Shown piece by piece: positions 51,359 to 60,471 of a stretch of 64,000 bases of DNA. A program made the translations under genes and the position numbers. Each line of letters opens with the position of its first letter. The first letter of the stretch is position 1. Below the pieces are notes generated by a model that saw only the letters and a list, made by a program, of their open reading frames with translations, was not told the DNA's origin and did no database searches. The stretch is from assembly GCA_031414595.1 (NCBI GenBank), contig JANNVX010000018.1, positions 96,001 to 160,000 on the forward strand. The letters run 5' to 3'. This stretch comes from Deinococcales bacterium (GTDB taxonomy: Bacteria; Deinococcota; Deinococci; Deinococcales; JAAFIG01).

Positions 51359-52483
51359 TTAAATGGTTGGCGCGACATCTACATCAAATAATTTTCTGTT
51401 CCCACTCGAGAAACTTGCGCCCTTCACCAGTGGCATGACCAATTCTCCAAAGCGGCGGCATTCGTCCACGTGCGGGTAGCCACTGAAAATAAAGTTTTGG
51501 ATGCCCATGTCCACATAGCCCTGAATTTTGGCGGCGACTTGTTGAGGACTTCCAACAATTGCTACACCCACACCACTTCGAGCCATGCCCACACCCGCCC
51601 AAAGGTTGTCTTCGATAAAGAAGTCGTTTTTCTCGAGGGCGGCTTGCAGAATTTTAATTTGATTACCTTGCCCAGTGCTGTCAACTTTGGCGTAACTCTT
51701 CTCAAAATTAGCTCGGACTTGCGGGTCTATCTTAGAAATCATGCGTTCGGCTGCTGCAATGGCTTCGCTTTCTGTTTCACGTACCACCACATGGGTTCGT
51801 AGCCCGTAACTGACTTTGCGCCCATACTCGAGACTCAGTTCGTTCATGCGGTCAATTCGGGTTTGAATCATGGCTTTGGGTTCGCCCCAGAGCAGGTACA
51901 CATCGGAAAGTTCGGCAGCGATTCGCATGGCGGCTTCGGATGCCCCACCAAAGTACAACGGGATTCGGTACGGCGGCTTAGGCTCGAGAACACTGCCAGA
52001 GTATTTGTAGTGCGCCCCTTCGTAGTTAATTGCCCCTTCAGAATCCCAGAAAAGCCGTAGTAATTTCATAAATTCATGGGTGCGTTCGTAACGTGTTTCA
52101 TGTGGGCTGTAATCGCCATACATCGCATTTTCGGCGAGACTCGAGCCAGTCACAATGTTGATTCGCACCCGATTTGGAAAGAGATTGGCAAGGGTCGCCA
52201 CCATTTTGGCGTACATCGCGGGGTCAAACATGCCCGTGCGAACCGCTACCAGCAACCCAGCGTTTCGGCTACGCGCCAAAGCTGCGGTTGCCACGGTGAA
52301 ATTCTCGTGGTAGCTGTGGTAATTGGTAGCAGTCAGCAGACTCGAGAAACCCATTTCACCAGCCGTGTCTATCAAGTTCGAGATATGCTCGAGGGTCGGT
52401 TGGCGCGGTGGGAGTTCACGAGTCCCAAGGTACTCACCGTCGTGTTGGAGAACGCAAAACCATAAGAAATCAAGTTCATTCAT
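51359..52483 (-). CDS. LLM-class flavin-dependent monooxygenase (SsuD-like)
   Basis: LVAVRTG, INIVTG, YFGGAS, LLWGEP, NLWAG, FIFSGYPH. Confidence 0.9.
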   Translation of the reverse strand: MNELDFLWFCVLQHDGEYLGTRELPPRQPTLEHISNLIDTAGEMGFSSLLTATNYHSYHENFTVATAALARSRNAGLLVAVRTGMFDPAMYAKMVATLANLFPNRVRINIVTGSSLAENAMYGDYSPHETRYERTHEFMKLLRLFWDSEGAINYEGAHYKYSGSVLEPKPPYRIPLYFGGASEAAMRIAAELSDVYLLWGEPKAMIQTRIDRMNELSLEYGRKVSYGLRTHVVVRETESEAIAAAERMISKIDPQVRANFEKSYAKVDSTGQGNQIKILQAALEKNDFFIEDNLWAGVGMARSGVGVAIVGSPQQVAAKIQGYVDMGIQNFIFSGYPHVDECRRFGELVMPLVKGASFSSGNRKLFDVDVAPTI

Positions 52484-53129
52484 AAAAGTCTTTCCTTTCA
52501 AAACTCGAGGCTGAAGTATTCCACTGCGAAGCAGCAGTAAGCCGTGTTTCCTCGAGATACTTTTTCACGATTTCGTAACCAAGAGTATACCCTGTCCATC
52601 TCGGAATTCCACGTTCTTGAGAACCGAAAAACCAGTCATTGTGTGCATAAGTTTGGCTGTGAAATTCTTCTTGTGCCTGCGAGAGTAATGCTGAAATTTG
52701 ACTTAACTCGAGTGCATTGGCATAAATTGAAATTTGTCCCTGACGAAAATCCATTTCAAAAGCACAAGCTAAACCTTCTGTCACTAACGCCTCGAGCAGT
52801 GTTTGACCATATCCCACGCTTGTGTACCTAGCGCAATGATGCAATTCGTGGGCAATTGTGGCTGCAAGTTCTGTTTCGATGTTTGAATCAAAATTTGGAT
52901 TTGATGGGTCAATATGAATAAAAGCATAGGCTGCATTTGGCGAAAAACCACTAAAACCAATTTCAGGAATTGTCCAAGATGGTTTAACGTGAATAATCAC
53001 ATCGGTTTGTTTGGTTGGAATCAAGTCGGCTATCTGAGCGCAAGTATGGTCGGAAATAATTTTAATACGCTCAATTTGACTCGAGCTTAACCCTTTTGTA
53101 TTGGCAAAAAAAACAGATTCCAAAGTCAT
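52476..53129 (-). CDS. DUF2268-like predicted Zn-dependent protease
   Basis: AHELHH..R, LVTEGLA, PRWTGYTLGY. Confidence 0.8.
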   Translation of the reverse strand: MTLESVFFANTKGLSSSQIERIKIISDHTCAQIADLIPTKQTDVIIHVKPSWTIPEIGFSGFSPNAAYAFIHIDPSNPNFDSNIETELAATIAHELHHCARYTSVGYGQTLLEALVTEGLACAFEMDFRQGQISIYANALELSQISALLSQAQEEFHSQTYAHNDWFFGSQERGIPRWTGYTLGYEIVKKYLEETRLTAASQWNTSASSFERKDFYE

Positions 53130-53155
53130 AATTTATTCTACTTGAAAAGCCAATT

Positions 53156-53608
53156 TTAGCTTTGCGGTACAACTAAACTCGAGAGTGTAACAATTTCGAG
53201 GTCAGGATTTTTTATTCGACTATCATTGGTTAAAAATACTTCACAGCCAGTCTCGAGAGCAGTCGCTAAATGTATAGCATCAGGGGTTTTTAGGTTTGGT
53301 TGCAAAGCCCGAAGTTCGGCAGCCCGAACTAGAATCTGACGTTCTATTGGAACGACAAGCAAACCGCCTGCGCTCTGGATGGCTTCTTCAAAAAGCTCTT
53401 GTAAGGCAGTGTTGTTTTTTCTTATTGGCATAACAAGCGCTTCAGATAGTGCTAATTCGCTGGTAACTGCAAAAATTTCATATTGAGTCGCGGCATTGAT
53501 AATAGCATCAGATAGCTCTTGAAAATCTGGATACTGTTCGATGCTGTAAATGAAAATACTGGTGTCTAAGTAAAGCTGTTTTGCTAAAAACTGGTCTATT
53601 ATTCCCAC
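53156..53608 (-). CDS. vapC: PIN-domain (VapC) toxin
   Basis: YLDTSIFIY, SELALSE, PDAIHLATA, LTND. Confidence 0.9.
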   Translation of the reverse strand: MGIIDQFLAKQLYLDTSIFIYSIEQYPDFQELSDAIINAATQYEIFAVTSELALSEALVMPIRKNNTALQELFEEAIQSAGGLLVVPIERQILVRAAELRALQPNLKTPDAIHLATALETGCEVFLTNDSRIKNPDLEIVTLSSLVVPQS

Positions 53609-53856
53609 GAATCACGTTCTCCTCGTAGGTACGCATCAGCATCGGCTGGCGTTGCTCCGTAAACCCCTTTACCTGCTCCAAGAAGTTCAGAAAGTCTACT
53701 TTTAGGGTTTTTTAAGCGTATTTTCTCGAGTTCCTGCATTTTAAGTAGGAACTGATTACGGCGTTTCAAACGCAGAATCTCGAGGTTCTTCTCGAGCAAA
53801 AGCTGTTGCCAGTCTATTTTTTCTGCTTCTATTGGTTCGGGTCGCTCGGCAATCAT
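53599..53856 (-). CDS. VapB-like antitoxin
   Basis: LSELLGAGKGVY...DAYLRGERDSWE C-terminus; overlaps vapC. Confidence 0.8.
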   Translation of the reverse strand: MIAERPEPIEAEKIDWQQLLLEKNLEILRLKRRNQFLLKMQELEKIRLKNPKSRLSELLGAGKGVYGATPADADAYLRGERDSWE

Positions 53857-53872
53857 GATTCACCTCTAAAAA

Positions 53873-54351
53873 CTATCTTACTCCAAGAATTGGTTGCTGC
53901 TCGAGAAACTTTTTGTTGGCTTGTTCATCCCAAGGGAAACGATGCAGCCTGTCTGGGTAAATCATTTGCAGTACCGTAAAATCATCAGATTCATAAAACC
54001 ACTGGGCAGCCCCTAAAAACTCCGAGTAATGGTGTTTTGGAACATCCACAAACATCACTTCATAACCCTCGAGTATGTCTGTTACCACTTGCCCATGCAC
54101 AAATCTCGAGCCAGATTTTATTTTGTCACCAACAAATTAATTAAGCTGTGCATCGTCTCGAGCCGCAGTCCAAAAAGAATAATTTCTGGATGCCCTAAAG
54201 CTGCCGTAAAACCCACCGAGAATGCAAAAGCACTGCCTTCGTCATCCTCGGGAATCATCGTCACTTGCCAGCCGTAATCGCGTACTGTCTCGAGCAATTC
54301 GCGCTCAAAGTCGTCTAGGTCTGGGTTTTGTAGTCGGGTCTCGAGATTCAC
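53873..54351 (-). pseudogene. DUF4262 family gene split by a single frameshift
   Basis: 5' part YGW...FAFSVG...GHPEIILFGL; 3' part LQMIYPD...FPWD..QP; frames join near 54135. Confidence 0.75.
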
Positions 54352-54354
54352 AAC

Positions 54355-55185
54355 TTAGCCCTTGACGCTTCCAGCCGTTAAACCAGAAATAATCTTTTGC
54401 TGGAAAATCAAAATAATCGTGATGATGGGGATAATCGCAATGGTAATAGCCGCACTAATAATGCCCCACGGGAAACTAAACTCGCCTTGGTAGAGCGCCA
54501 CGGCGGGCGGCACAGTGCGGGTAGCTTGGTTACTGGCAAAGGTCACAGCCAGCAAAAATTCGTTCCAAGAGTTGACAAATGCCAGAATACTGGCAGTAGC
54601 AACGCCTGGTGCTGCCAGTGGCACGATAATTCGCCACAGTGCGCCAAATCTCGAGCAACCATCCACCATTGCAGCATCCTCGAGGTCTTTAGGGATGCCT
54701 TGAAAAAATGCAGTTAAGGTTAAAATGCTGATTGGCAGGCTAAAGGCGGCGTATGGCACGATTAAACTTAAGTACGTGCCTAACCAGCCAAAAGAACGCA
54801 TCATTTGGTAAAGCGGCACAATTAAACTGACCACCGGAAAGATACTGGCTGCCACTATCAGGGTTTGAATGATGCCGCGCTGCGGTAAGTTGACTCGAGC
54901 TATCGCGTATCCAGCCAGCGCCGCGATGGTCACACAAACCAAGGTGCTGATGCTCGAGACAAAAATGGAGTTAAAGAAGTATTTGAGGAACGGCTGTTGT
55001 ACAAAAACCTGTTCGTAATTGGTGAATGCCCAGCTTTGCGGTAAATAGGAAATCGGGCTGGTTTGCAGTTCGATGTCATTTTTGAAACTGGTCAGTACCA
55101 CCCAGACCATTGGGTAGACTCCATTGACCACCAGCAGTACCAAGGCAAAAACAACAAAGGCACGGTTGAGAATTAGATTTTTCAT
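54355..55185 (-). CDS. Sugar ABC permease (MalG-like)
   Basis: EDAAMVDG, WNEFL, GLTAGSVKG. Confidence 0.92.
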   Translation of the reverse strand: MKNLILNRAFVVFALVLLVVNGVYPMVWVVLTSFKNDIELQTSPISYLPQSWAFTNYEQVFVQQPFLKYFFNSIFVSSISTLVCVTIAALAGYAIARVNLPQRGIIQTLIVAASIFPVVSLIVPLYQMMRSFGWLGTYLSLIVPYAAFSLPISILTLTAFFQGIPKDLEDAAMVDGCSRFGALWRIIVPLAAPGVATASILAFVNSWNEFLLAVTFASNQATRTVPPAVALYQGEFSFPWGIISAAITIAIIPIITIILIFQQKIISGLTAGSVKG

Positions 55186-56120
55186 GTCTCTGTCCTGACA
55201 AAGCGCACGTAAATAGCGGTGATTACCAGTGCCAAAACAAAAAGCCCGAGCGAGACTGTTGCGCCGTAGCCAAAATCGGTGAATTCGACCGTGGTTTTTT
55301 GAATGTACATCCCCAGTGTCTCGAGATTTAACGCCCCAGCTTGCTTAAAAGCGTAAGGAATATCAAAGACTTGCAGTGCCGAAAGGGTACGAAAAATCAG
55401 GGCAACAGCAATCGCGGGGCGTAGAAGCGGTAAGGTGATGCGCCAAAAAATTTGCCAACTGCTCGCGCCGTCTACTGTGGCGGCTTCCTCGAGTTCTATT
55501 GGAATACTTTGTAAGCCTCCAAGCAGAATCAGTGCTACAAAACTTGAGGTTTTCCAGATGGTCGTGACCACAAAAGCAATCACTTGGGTATCTGGTTGCA
55601 GCAACCAACGAATCGGTTGTTCGATCAGGTTAAAGCGCAGCAAAAGGTCATTAAAAAGCCCAAATTGCGAATTGAACATCCAAGCAAACATTGTGCCAGC
55701 AATCACTTGAGGCATTGCCCACGGGAGAAGTAGCGCAATTCGTACTACCCAGCGCCAACCAGTTTTGACATTAGCAAGCAGCGCCAAAGGTAAACCGACC
55801 AGAAACGAACCAACCACGGTTAAAATTCCAAACCAAAGGGTGCGCCAGAACGCATCTATAAAGGCTTGGTCTTTAAATAGCCTCGAGTAATTTTCTAAGC
55901 TGGTGCTGACTTGACTTGGGTCGGCGATTTCTTGCACCCGAAAAGTCAGTAATAATACGTTAATCATCGGGTATAAAAAAATGCCAATCAGCAAAATAAA
56001 GGCTGGTGCGAGCAACATCCAGCCAAATTCTCGTTCGGCTAATTGCCCAGTCATAAAACGTTGCCAAAAACCAGAAAAGCCCCGATTAACTCGGGGCATG
56101 AGCGGTGAAGGTGAAGCCAC
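55182..56120 (-). CDS. Sugar ABC permease (MalF-like)
   Basis: LLPWAMP, WKTSSF, EEAATVDGA; start uncertain. Confidence 0.9.
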   Translation of the reverse strand: MASPSPLMPRVNRGFSGFWQRFMTGQLAEREFGWMLLAPAFILLIGIFLYPMINVLLLTFRVQEIADPSQVSTSLENYSRLFKDQAFIDAFWRTLWFGILTVVGSFLVGLPLALLANVKTGWRWVVRIALLLPWAMPQVIAGTMFAWMFNSQFGLFNDLLLRFNLIEQPIRWLLQPDTQVIAFVVTTIWKTSSFVALILLGGLQSIPIELEEAATVDGASSWQIFWRITLPLLRPAIAVALIFRTLSALQVFDIPYAFKQAGALNLETLGMYIQKTTVEFTDFGYGATVSLGLFVLALVITAIYVRFVRTET

Positions 56121-56125
56121 AAACC

Positions 56126-57421
56126 CTACTTAATCAATGGCTCGAGGGCGGACTGCATATCGGTCAGTGCTTTATCTACGGTTTTAGAACCAGCCACGAC
56201 CGCATTGACATTGGTGCGGATAATTTCAGAAACCTTCGGATAATTGGCGGTCACGGGGCGTGGACGGGCTTTTAAGATAACAGGGTAGAGGTCATCGTAG
56301 TGTGGATTGGCTCTCAGGACATTGTTGTTGTTGTACAGCGCTTTACGCACCGGTAAGAAACCACCTTTGATGCTGAATTCTTCTTGGGCTTTGGTGTCAG
56401 ACATATAACGCAGCAATTCAAAGGCTTTTTGCTTGTTCTTGCTAAAATTCGAGATACCCCATGAAGCCCCACCTTGGCAGGTGCTGCTGCCGACTTTTGA
56501 ACCCGCAAAGGCGGGCAAACGAGCCACACCAATGTTGCCTTTGACGGCTGTTGGTCCGGAAGTTGGTCCGCCGTTGCCTTGGAAATGCGCCCAAGCATAT
56601 GCCCAGTTCAAACCGAACAAGACATTGCCTTGCTGCATCATGCGACGGCTGTCATCGGTGCGAACTTCTGCCATTAGGGCTGGCGAAATCTTGGTTTTGT
56701 TGATTGAATCTACCCAGAGGTTCAGGGCTTTTTTGCCAAAGTCATTATTGACATTGACCTTACCACCCTGCAAGAAATCGCCGCCAGCTGCCCAGAATGG
56801 TTGCAAGAACATACAAACCGCGCCTTCAATCGGTGCGCCTTGGAAATTCAAGCCTTGGAGGTTTGGATTACCTTCGGCTGCCAAAATCTTTTGTGCAGTT
56901 GCGGTAACTTCTTCCCAAGTTTTAGGCACAGCCACTTTGTACTTCTCGAGTAGGTCTTTACGGTAATACAAGAACTGTACATCGGTGGTGGCAGGCAATG
57001 CCCAGAGTTCAGTGCCAATGGTCGTGGCTTTGACCGGACCCGGAACGTAACCGTCAATAAATTCTTGGCGGTCTTTATCGCCACCAAAGTATTTATCGAG
57101 TGGCTCGAGCCAACCTTGGGCTTGGAATTGGGCTGGACGAATCACATCAATCAGCATCACATCCAAACTTGGGTCTTTTGCGCCTAGCACGGTAGATAAA
57201 TACGCGCCTTGTAACTCTGAGGTTGCACCACCAAGCTCGAGAACCACTTTAGTACCGGTCTTCTTTTCAAAGCGGTCAAAAATCGGTTGTAGCAAATCTG
57301 GACGAAAGGTTGAACCCGCAAAAACCCGTAAGGTACTACTCTGAGCGCCAACTTGTGAGAGTGCCAATGCACCAACTGCCAAGCCAATACCACCAAACAT
57401 AACCAATGTTTTTAACTTCAT
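56126..57421 (-). CDS. Sugar ABC substrate-binding protein (trehalose/maltose-like)
   Basis: AGGAG RBS before ATG 57421, signal peptide, LYYRKDLL, PKTWEE, NWAYAW, RPRP...Y. Confidence 0.88.
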   Translation of the reverse strand: MKLKTLVMFGGIGLAVGALALSQVGAQSSTLRVFAGSTFRPDLLQPIFDRFEKKTGTKVVLELGGATSELQGAYLSTVLGAKDPSLDVMLIDVIRPAQFQAQGWLEPLDKYFGGDKDRQEFIDGYVPGPVKATTIGTELWALPATTDVQFLYYRKDLLEKYKVAVPKTWEEVTATAQKILAAEGNPNLQGLNFQGAPIEGAVCMFLQPFWAAGGDFLQGGKVNVNNDFGKKALNLWVDSINKTKISPALMAEVRTDDSRRMMQQGNVLFGLNWAYAWAHFQGNGGPTSGPTAVKGNIGVARLPAFAGSKVGSSTCQGGASWGISNFSKNKQKAFELLRYMSDTKAQEEFSIKGGFLPVRKALYNNNNVLRANPHYDDLYPVILKARPRPVTANYPKVSEIIRTNVNAVVAGSKTVDKALTDMQSALEPLIK

Positions 57422-57485
57422 GAGACTCCTCCTAAACTTTTTGAACTCAGTCAATATACAGCACCGAACCCAACTTGAGAAGCAC

Positions 57486-58052
57486 CTATCCCAATTCGGA
57501 TTCTTCAAAAGGCACATAGTAAGGAAATAAATCCTCGACGGGCATAGACCAATTGGGAACAGCATCACCAGCGTGGGCAAGTTCACCTCGAGTAAAAACT
57601 CGCACAGACTCCCCCACGATATGCAGCCGTACCACCTCCAAAGCAAGTAAATCCACATCCCAAACGGCTAATGTACCAGCCAGAAAGTAATCGTTGATTT
57701 TAGCAGCAATCTCTCGGTCAGCCGTTTTTCCATAATCATGTTCAGAACGCACTTCTATGGCAAAAGTCGGAGCGCGGTCTAAGAATTTCATACCCGAGTG
57801 CGCTCCACGAATAAAGGCTGCATCTGGACTAAAGGATTTTCGATTTGGTAAATCTACCAAGAATCCCTTGCCGTCTGCCACGGCATAGCCAAGTTTGGAA
57901 GCTCGAGCAAAAGCCCGTAAACTTGAATAAATCTCATCGGCGGCAAAGCCCGGTAAAAATCCAGTTGGCGACAATGTAATCAACCTCCCATGCGCTAATT
58001 CTGCCTTGCCAGAAGTGGCGTATAAATCTGCGATAGAAGCAGTTGTAACCAT
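57486..58052 (-). CDS. Uma2 (DUF820) PD-(D/E)XK-like protein
   Basis: SPDAAF, APTFAIEVRS, KINDYFLAGT..VWDVD. Confidence 0.85.
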   Translation of the reverse strand: MVTTASIADLYATSGKAELAHGRLITLSPTGFLPGFAADEIYSSLRAFARASKLGYAVADGKGFLVDLPNRKSFSPDAAFIRGAHSGMKFLDRAPTFAIEVRSEHDYGKTADREIAAKINDYFLAGTLAVWDVDLLALEVVRLHIVGESVRVFTRGELAHAGDAVPNWSMPVEDLFPYYVPFEESELG

Positions 58053-58067
58053 AGCCTCGAGTATAGG

Positions 58068-59504
58068 CTATGGGAGGGTGATACTGATGTATTTCAGTTC
58101 AAGAAACGCCTCGAGACCCCAACGCCCACCTTCGCGTCCGACCCCCGAGTTTTTCATACCACCAAATGGGGCTTGAGGTGCCATCGCACTTGGCACACCA
58201 TCATTAACGCCAACAATGCCGTACTCGAGGGCTTCGGCGACACGGTACGCCCTGCCAATGTCTCGAGTCCAAATGTATGCCGCTAAGCCGTACTCGGTGT
58301 TGTTTGCCCAAGCTACTGCATCGGTTTCGCTTGAGAAATTTACAAGCGGAGCAACCGGACCAAAGGTTTCTTCGGTCAGAATCCGCATTGATGGCGTGAC
58401 ACCAGACAAAATTGTTGGTTCAAAGAAAAGCCCGCCAGTCGCATGACCACCCGTGACGATTTTAGCGCCTTTCGCTACAGCATCCTGAACGTGTGCCTGT
58501 ACCTTCTCGAGTGTCGCCTTATCCACCAGTGGACCAATGGTTGTGTCGGCATCAAGCGGATTACCCAGCTTAAAACTCTTGGCTTGGGCTGCAAAAGCCT
58601 CTTCAAAACTCGAGGAGAGTGTTTCGTGGACATAGACTCGATTGGAGGCTACGCATTGCTGCCCAGCGTTCCTAAACTTAGAATTAGAAACGGTGAGCGC
58701 GGCTGCCACGACATCGGCATCTTCAAAAACAATAAATGGTGCATGACCGCCCAACTCGAGCGACAAGCGTTTAAGGGTCGGTGCAGCTTGGGCGTAAAGC
58801 AACTTGCCGACTTCGGTACTACCCGTAAACGTAATCTTGCGAACTCGAGCGTCCGACATAAAAACTCGAGAAACTTCTATCGGGTCTTGGCAGGGCAGTA
58901 CCTGAAAAGTATCTTTTGGCGCACCAGCTTCGAGCCAGAGCTTGGCGAGTAACAAGGCGGTCAGGGGCGATTGTTCGGCGGGTTTTAAGACCACCACACA
59001 TCCAGCCGCCAGTGCAGGCGCGACTTTACGGGCAATCATTGCCGCAGGAAAATTCCACGGAGTCACGGCGTACACAACTCCAACAGGTTCGGGTCTCGAG
59101 AAGGCGCGTTTTTGGGCAAAACGACTTGGAATAATTTCCCCAGCGATGCGTTCAGCTTCGGCGGCGTACCACTCGATGGCGGTGGCGCTGTAAATACTCT
59201 CGCCCCTCGACTCGAGCATTGGCTTACCCATCTCCAAGGTCATGGCAGTGGCAATTTCTTCGGCATTGGCACGAATTAATGCTGCCCATTTTTGCATGAT
59301 GATACTGCGCTCGAATCCAGAAGTGTGCTTAAAACTCGAGAAAGCCGTGACTGCTGCCTCGAGTGCTTCTTTGGCTTCGGGGATGCCACAATCGGCAATT
59401 TCGGCGACGGTGCTGCCGTCAAAAGGATTGATGACCGAGAAAGTTTTGTCTAGGGTTTGCCAACCACCAGCGAGAAGGGCTTGACGGGCAACAGTTTGAT
59501 ACAT
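58068..59504 (-). CDS. gabD: NAD(P)-dependent succinate-semialdehyde dehydrogenase
   Basis: TPWNFP, ITFTGS, LELGGHAP, KFRNAGQQC, EETFGP, APFGG. Confidence 0.92.
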   Translation of the reverse strand: MYQTVARQALLAGGWQTLDKTFSVINPFDGSTVAEIADCGIPEAKEALEAAVTAFSSFKHTSGFERSIIMQKWAALIRANAEEIATAMTLEMGKPMLESRGESIYSATAIEWYAAEAERIAGEIIPSRFAQKRAFSRPEPVGVVYAVTPWNFPAAMIARKVAPALAAGCVVVLKPAEQSPLTALLLAKLWLEAGAPKDTFQVLPCQDPIEVSRVFMSDARVRKITFTGSTEVGKLLYAQAAPTLKRLSLELGGHAPFIVFEDADVVAAALTVSNSKFRNAGQQCVASNRVYVHETLSSSFEEAFAAQAKSFKLGNPLDADTTIGPLVDKATLEKVQAHVQDAVAKGAKIVTGGHATGGLFFEPTILSGVTPSMRILTEETFGPVAPLVNFSSETDAVAWANNTEYGLAAYIWTRDIGRAYRVAEALEYGIVGVNDGVPSAMAPQAPFGGMKNSGVGREGGRWGLEAFLELKYISITLP

Positions 59505-59546
59505 AGAAAACTCCTTGGAAGAAATTTGGGATTATGTTATCTCACA

Positions 59547-59571
59547 GGGCGAACACAAGGTTCGCCCCTAC
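59547..59571 (-). repeat. GTAG-type REP element
   Basis: Reverse complement GTAGGGGCGAACCTTGTGTTCGCCC; its TAG is the stop codon of ORF 59568-59882. Confidence 0.85.
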
Positions 59572-59882
59572 GGATTTAGGGGTGGATTTGCGTTTAAGTA
59601 TTTTGTGATGATTGGTTCAGATTCTTTCCAGACAAATTCGAGAGGCTTAAGTGCTTCTTTGAGTGCATGAGCCTGTTGTTGCAAAATCAATTTATCTTGT
59701 TCCCAATAAATACCCAATTTGACATTGGAAAAATTACGAATTAAATCTGGAAGGTTATGGGCATGGTTGGCAGTCAATTGTGCAACTTTGAGATTGTCGC
59801 AGTAACGAATAAAAATCGTAGTTGCATACAAGATTTCTAACACTATGTTCTCAATTTCTCGAGGGCAAGTTTTTGTCTGCAT
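59568..59882 (-). CDS. Hypothetical protein (104 aa)
   Basis: AGGA RBS; AT-rich; contains HAHNLP. Confidence 0.6.
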   Translation of the reverse strand: MQTKTCPREIENIVLEILYATTIFIRYCDNLKVAQLTANHAHNLPDLIRNFSNVKLGIYWEQDKLILQQQAHALKEALKPLEFVWKESEPIITKYLNANPPLNP

Positions 59883-59905
59883 ACCAGTTCCTAAACTTAA
59901 ACAAA

Positions 59906-60079
59906 TTAGTTCAGTCCAAAGCGCTCACGCAATTGCTCAAGCGTCAATGTAACACTCAAACCAGCTTTAGATTGAGCGATTGACTGCTCTAAACGCTTTA
60001 GATTAGCCTCGCCAAAGTTACCGACAAAATCATGAGCAGGCTTGATGCTTTTTTTTCGTTTAGGACTTACTTTCGGCAT
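59906..60079 (-). CDS. 57-aa protein resembling the C-terminal part of YefM/Phd antitoxins
   Basis: GAGG RBS; ...EANLKRLEQSIAQSKAG...TLEQLRERFGLN; below the ORF-track cutoff. Confidence 0.55.
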   Translation of the reverse strand: MPKVSPKRKKSIKPAHDFVGNFGEANLKRLEQSIAQSKAGLSVTLTLEQLRERFGLN

Positions 60080-60087
60080 TGAATCCT

Positions 60088-60471
60088 CTACTCGTCTCGA
60101 GACTTGTCGGGTAATTTGCCACCAAAAGATATAACCTGCCGAATCTTTCCGAACTTATCAAACTCCACCACATCCATGCCTTCGGATTCCATGCGGTTCT
60201 GGTCTTGTAACCATAATCCCCAACCGTAACGCACCCAAAGCCCATGTTCGTGTTTTTGAAAACCACTGGTAAACTCGAGGCGGTCAAAAGCCACGCTGCT
60301 GTGGACTTTGGCAATAAATTTGGCAATCACGACTGCGCCACTCATATGGGCAAGTGGGTCAAAGAGTTGTATCCCCGGATGAACGACACTGGCAAGTTTC
60401 TCGAGGCGAATGCTTGAATCGCGGGCGTTCCAGGCTTCTAAATAGGTTTGTAAACTGGCTTCAAAACTCAT
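60088..60471 (-). CDS. SnoaL/NTF2-like protein
   Basis: YLEAWN, FDP, G.DVVEFD..GKI..V..F; ATGA coupling. Confidence 0.8.
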   Translation of the reverse strand: MSFEASLQTYLEAWNARDSSIRLEKLASVVHPGIQLFDPLAHMSGAVVIAKFIAKVHSSVAFDRLEFTSGFQKHEHGLWVRYGWGLWLQDQNRMESEGMDVVEFDKFGKIRQVISFGGKLPDKSRDE

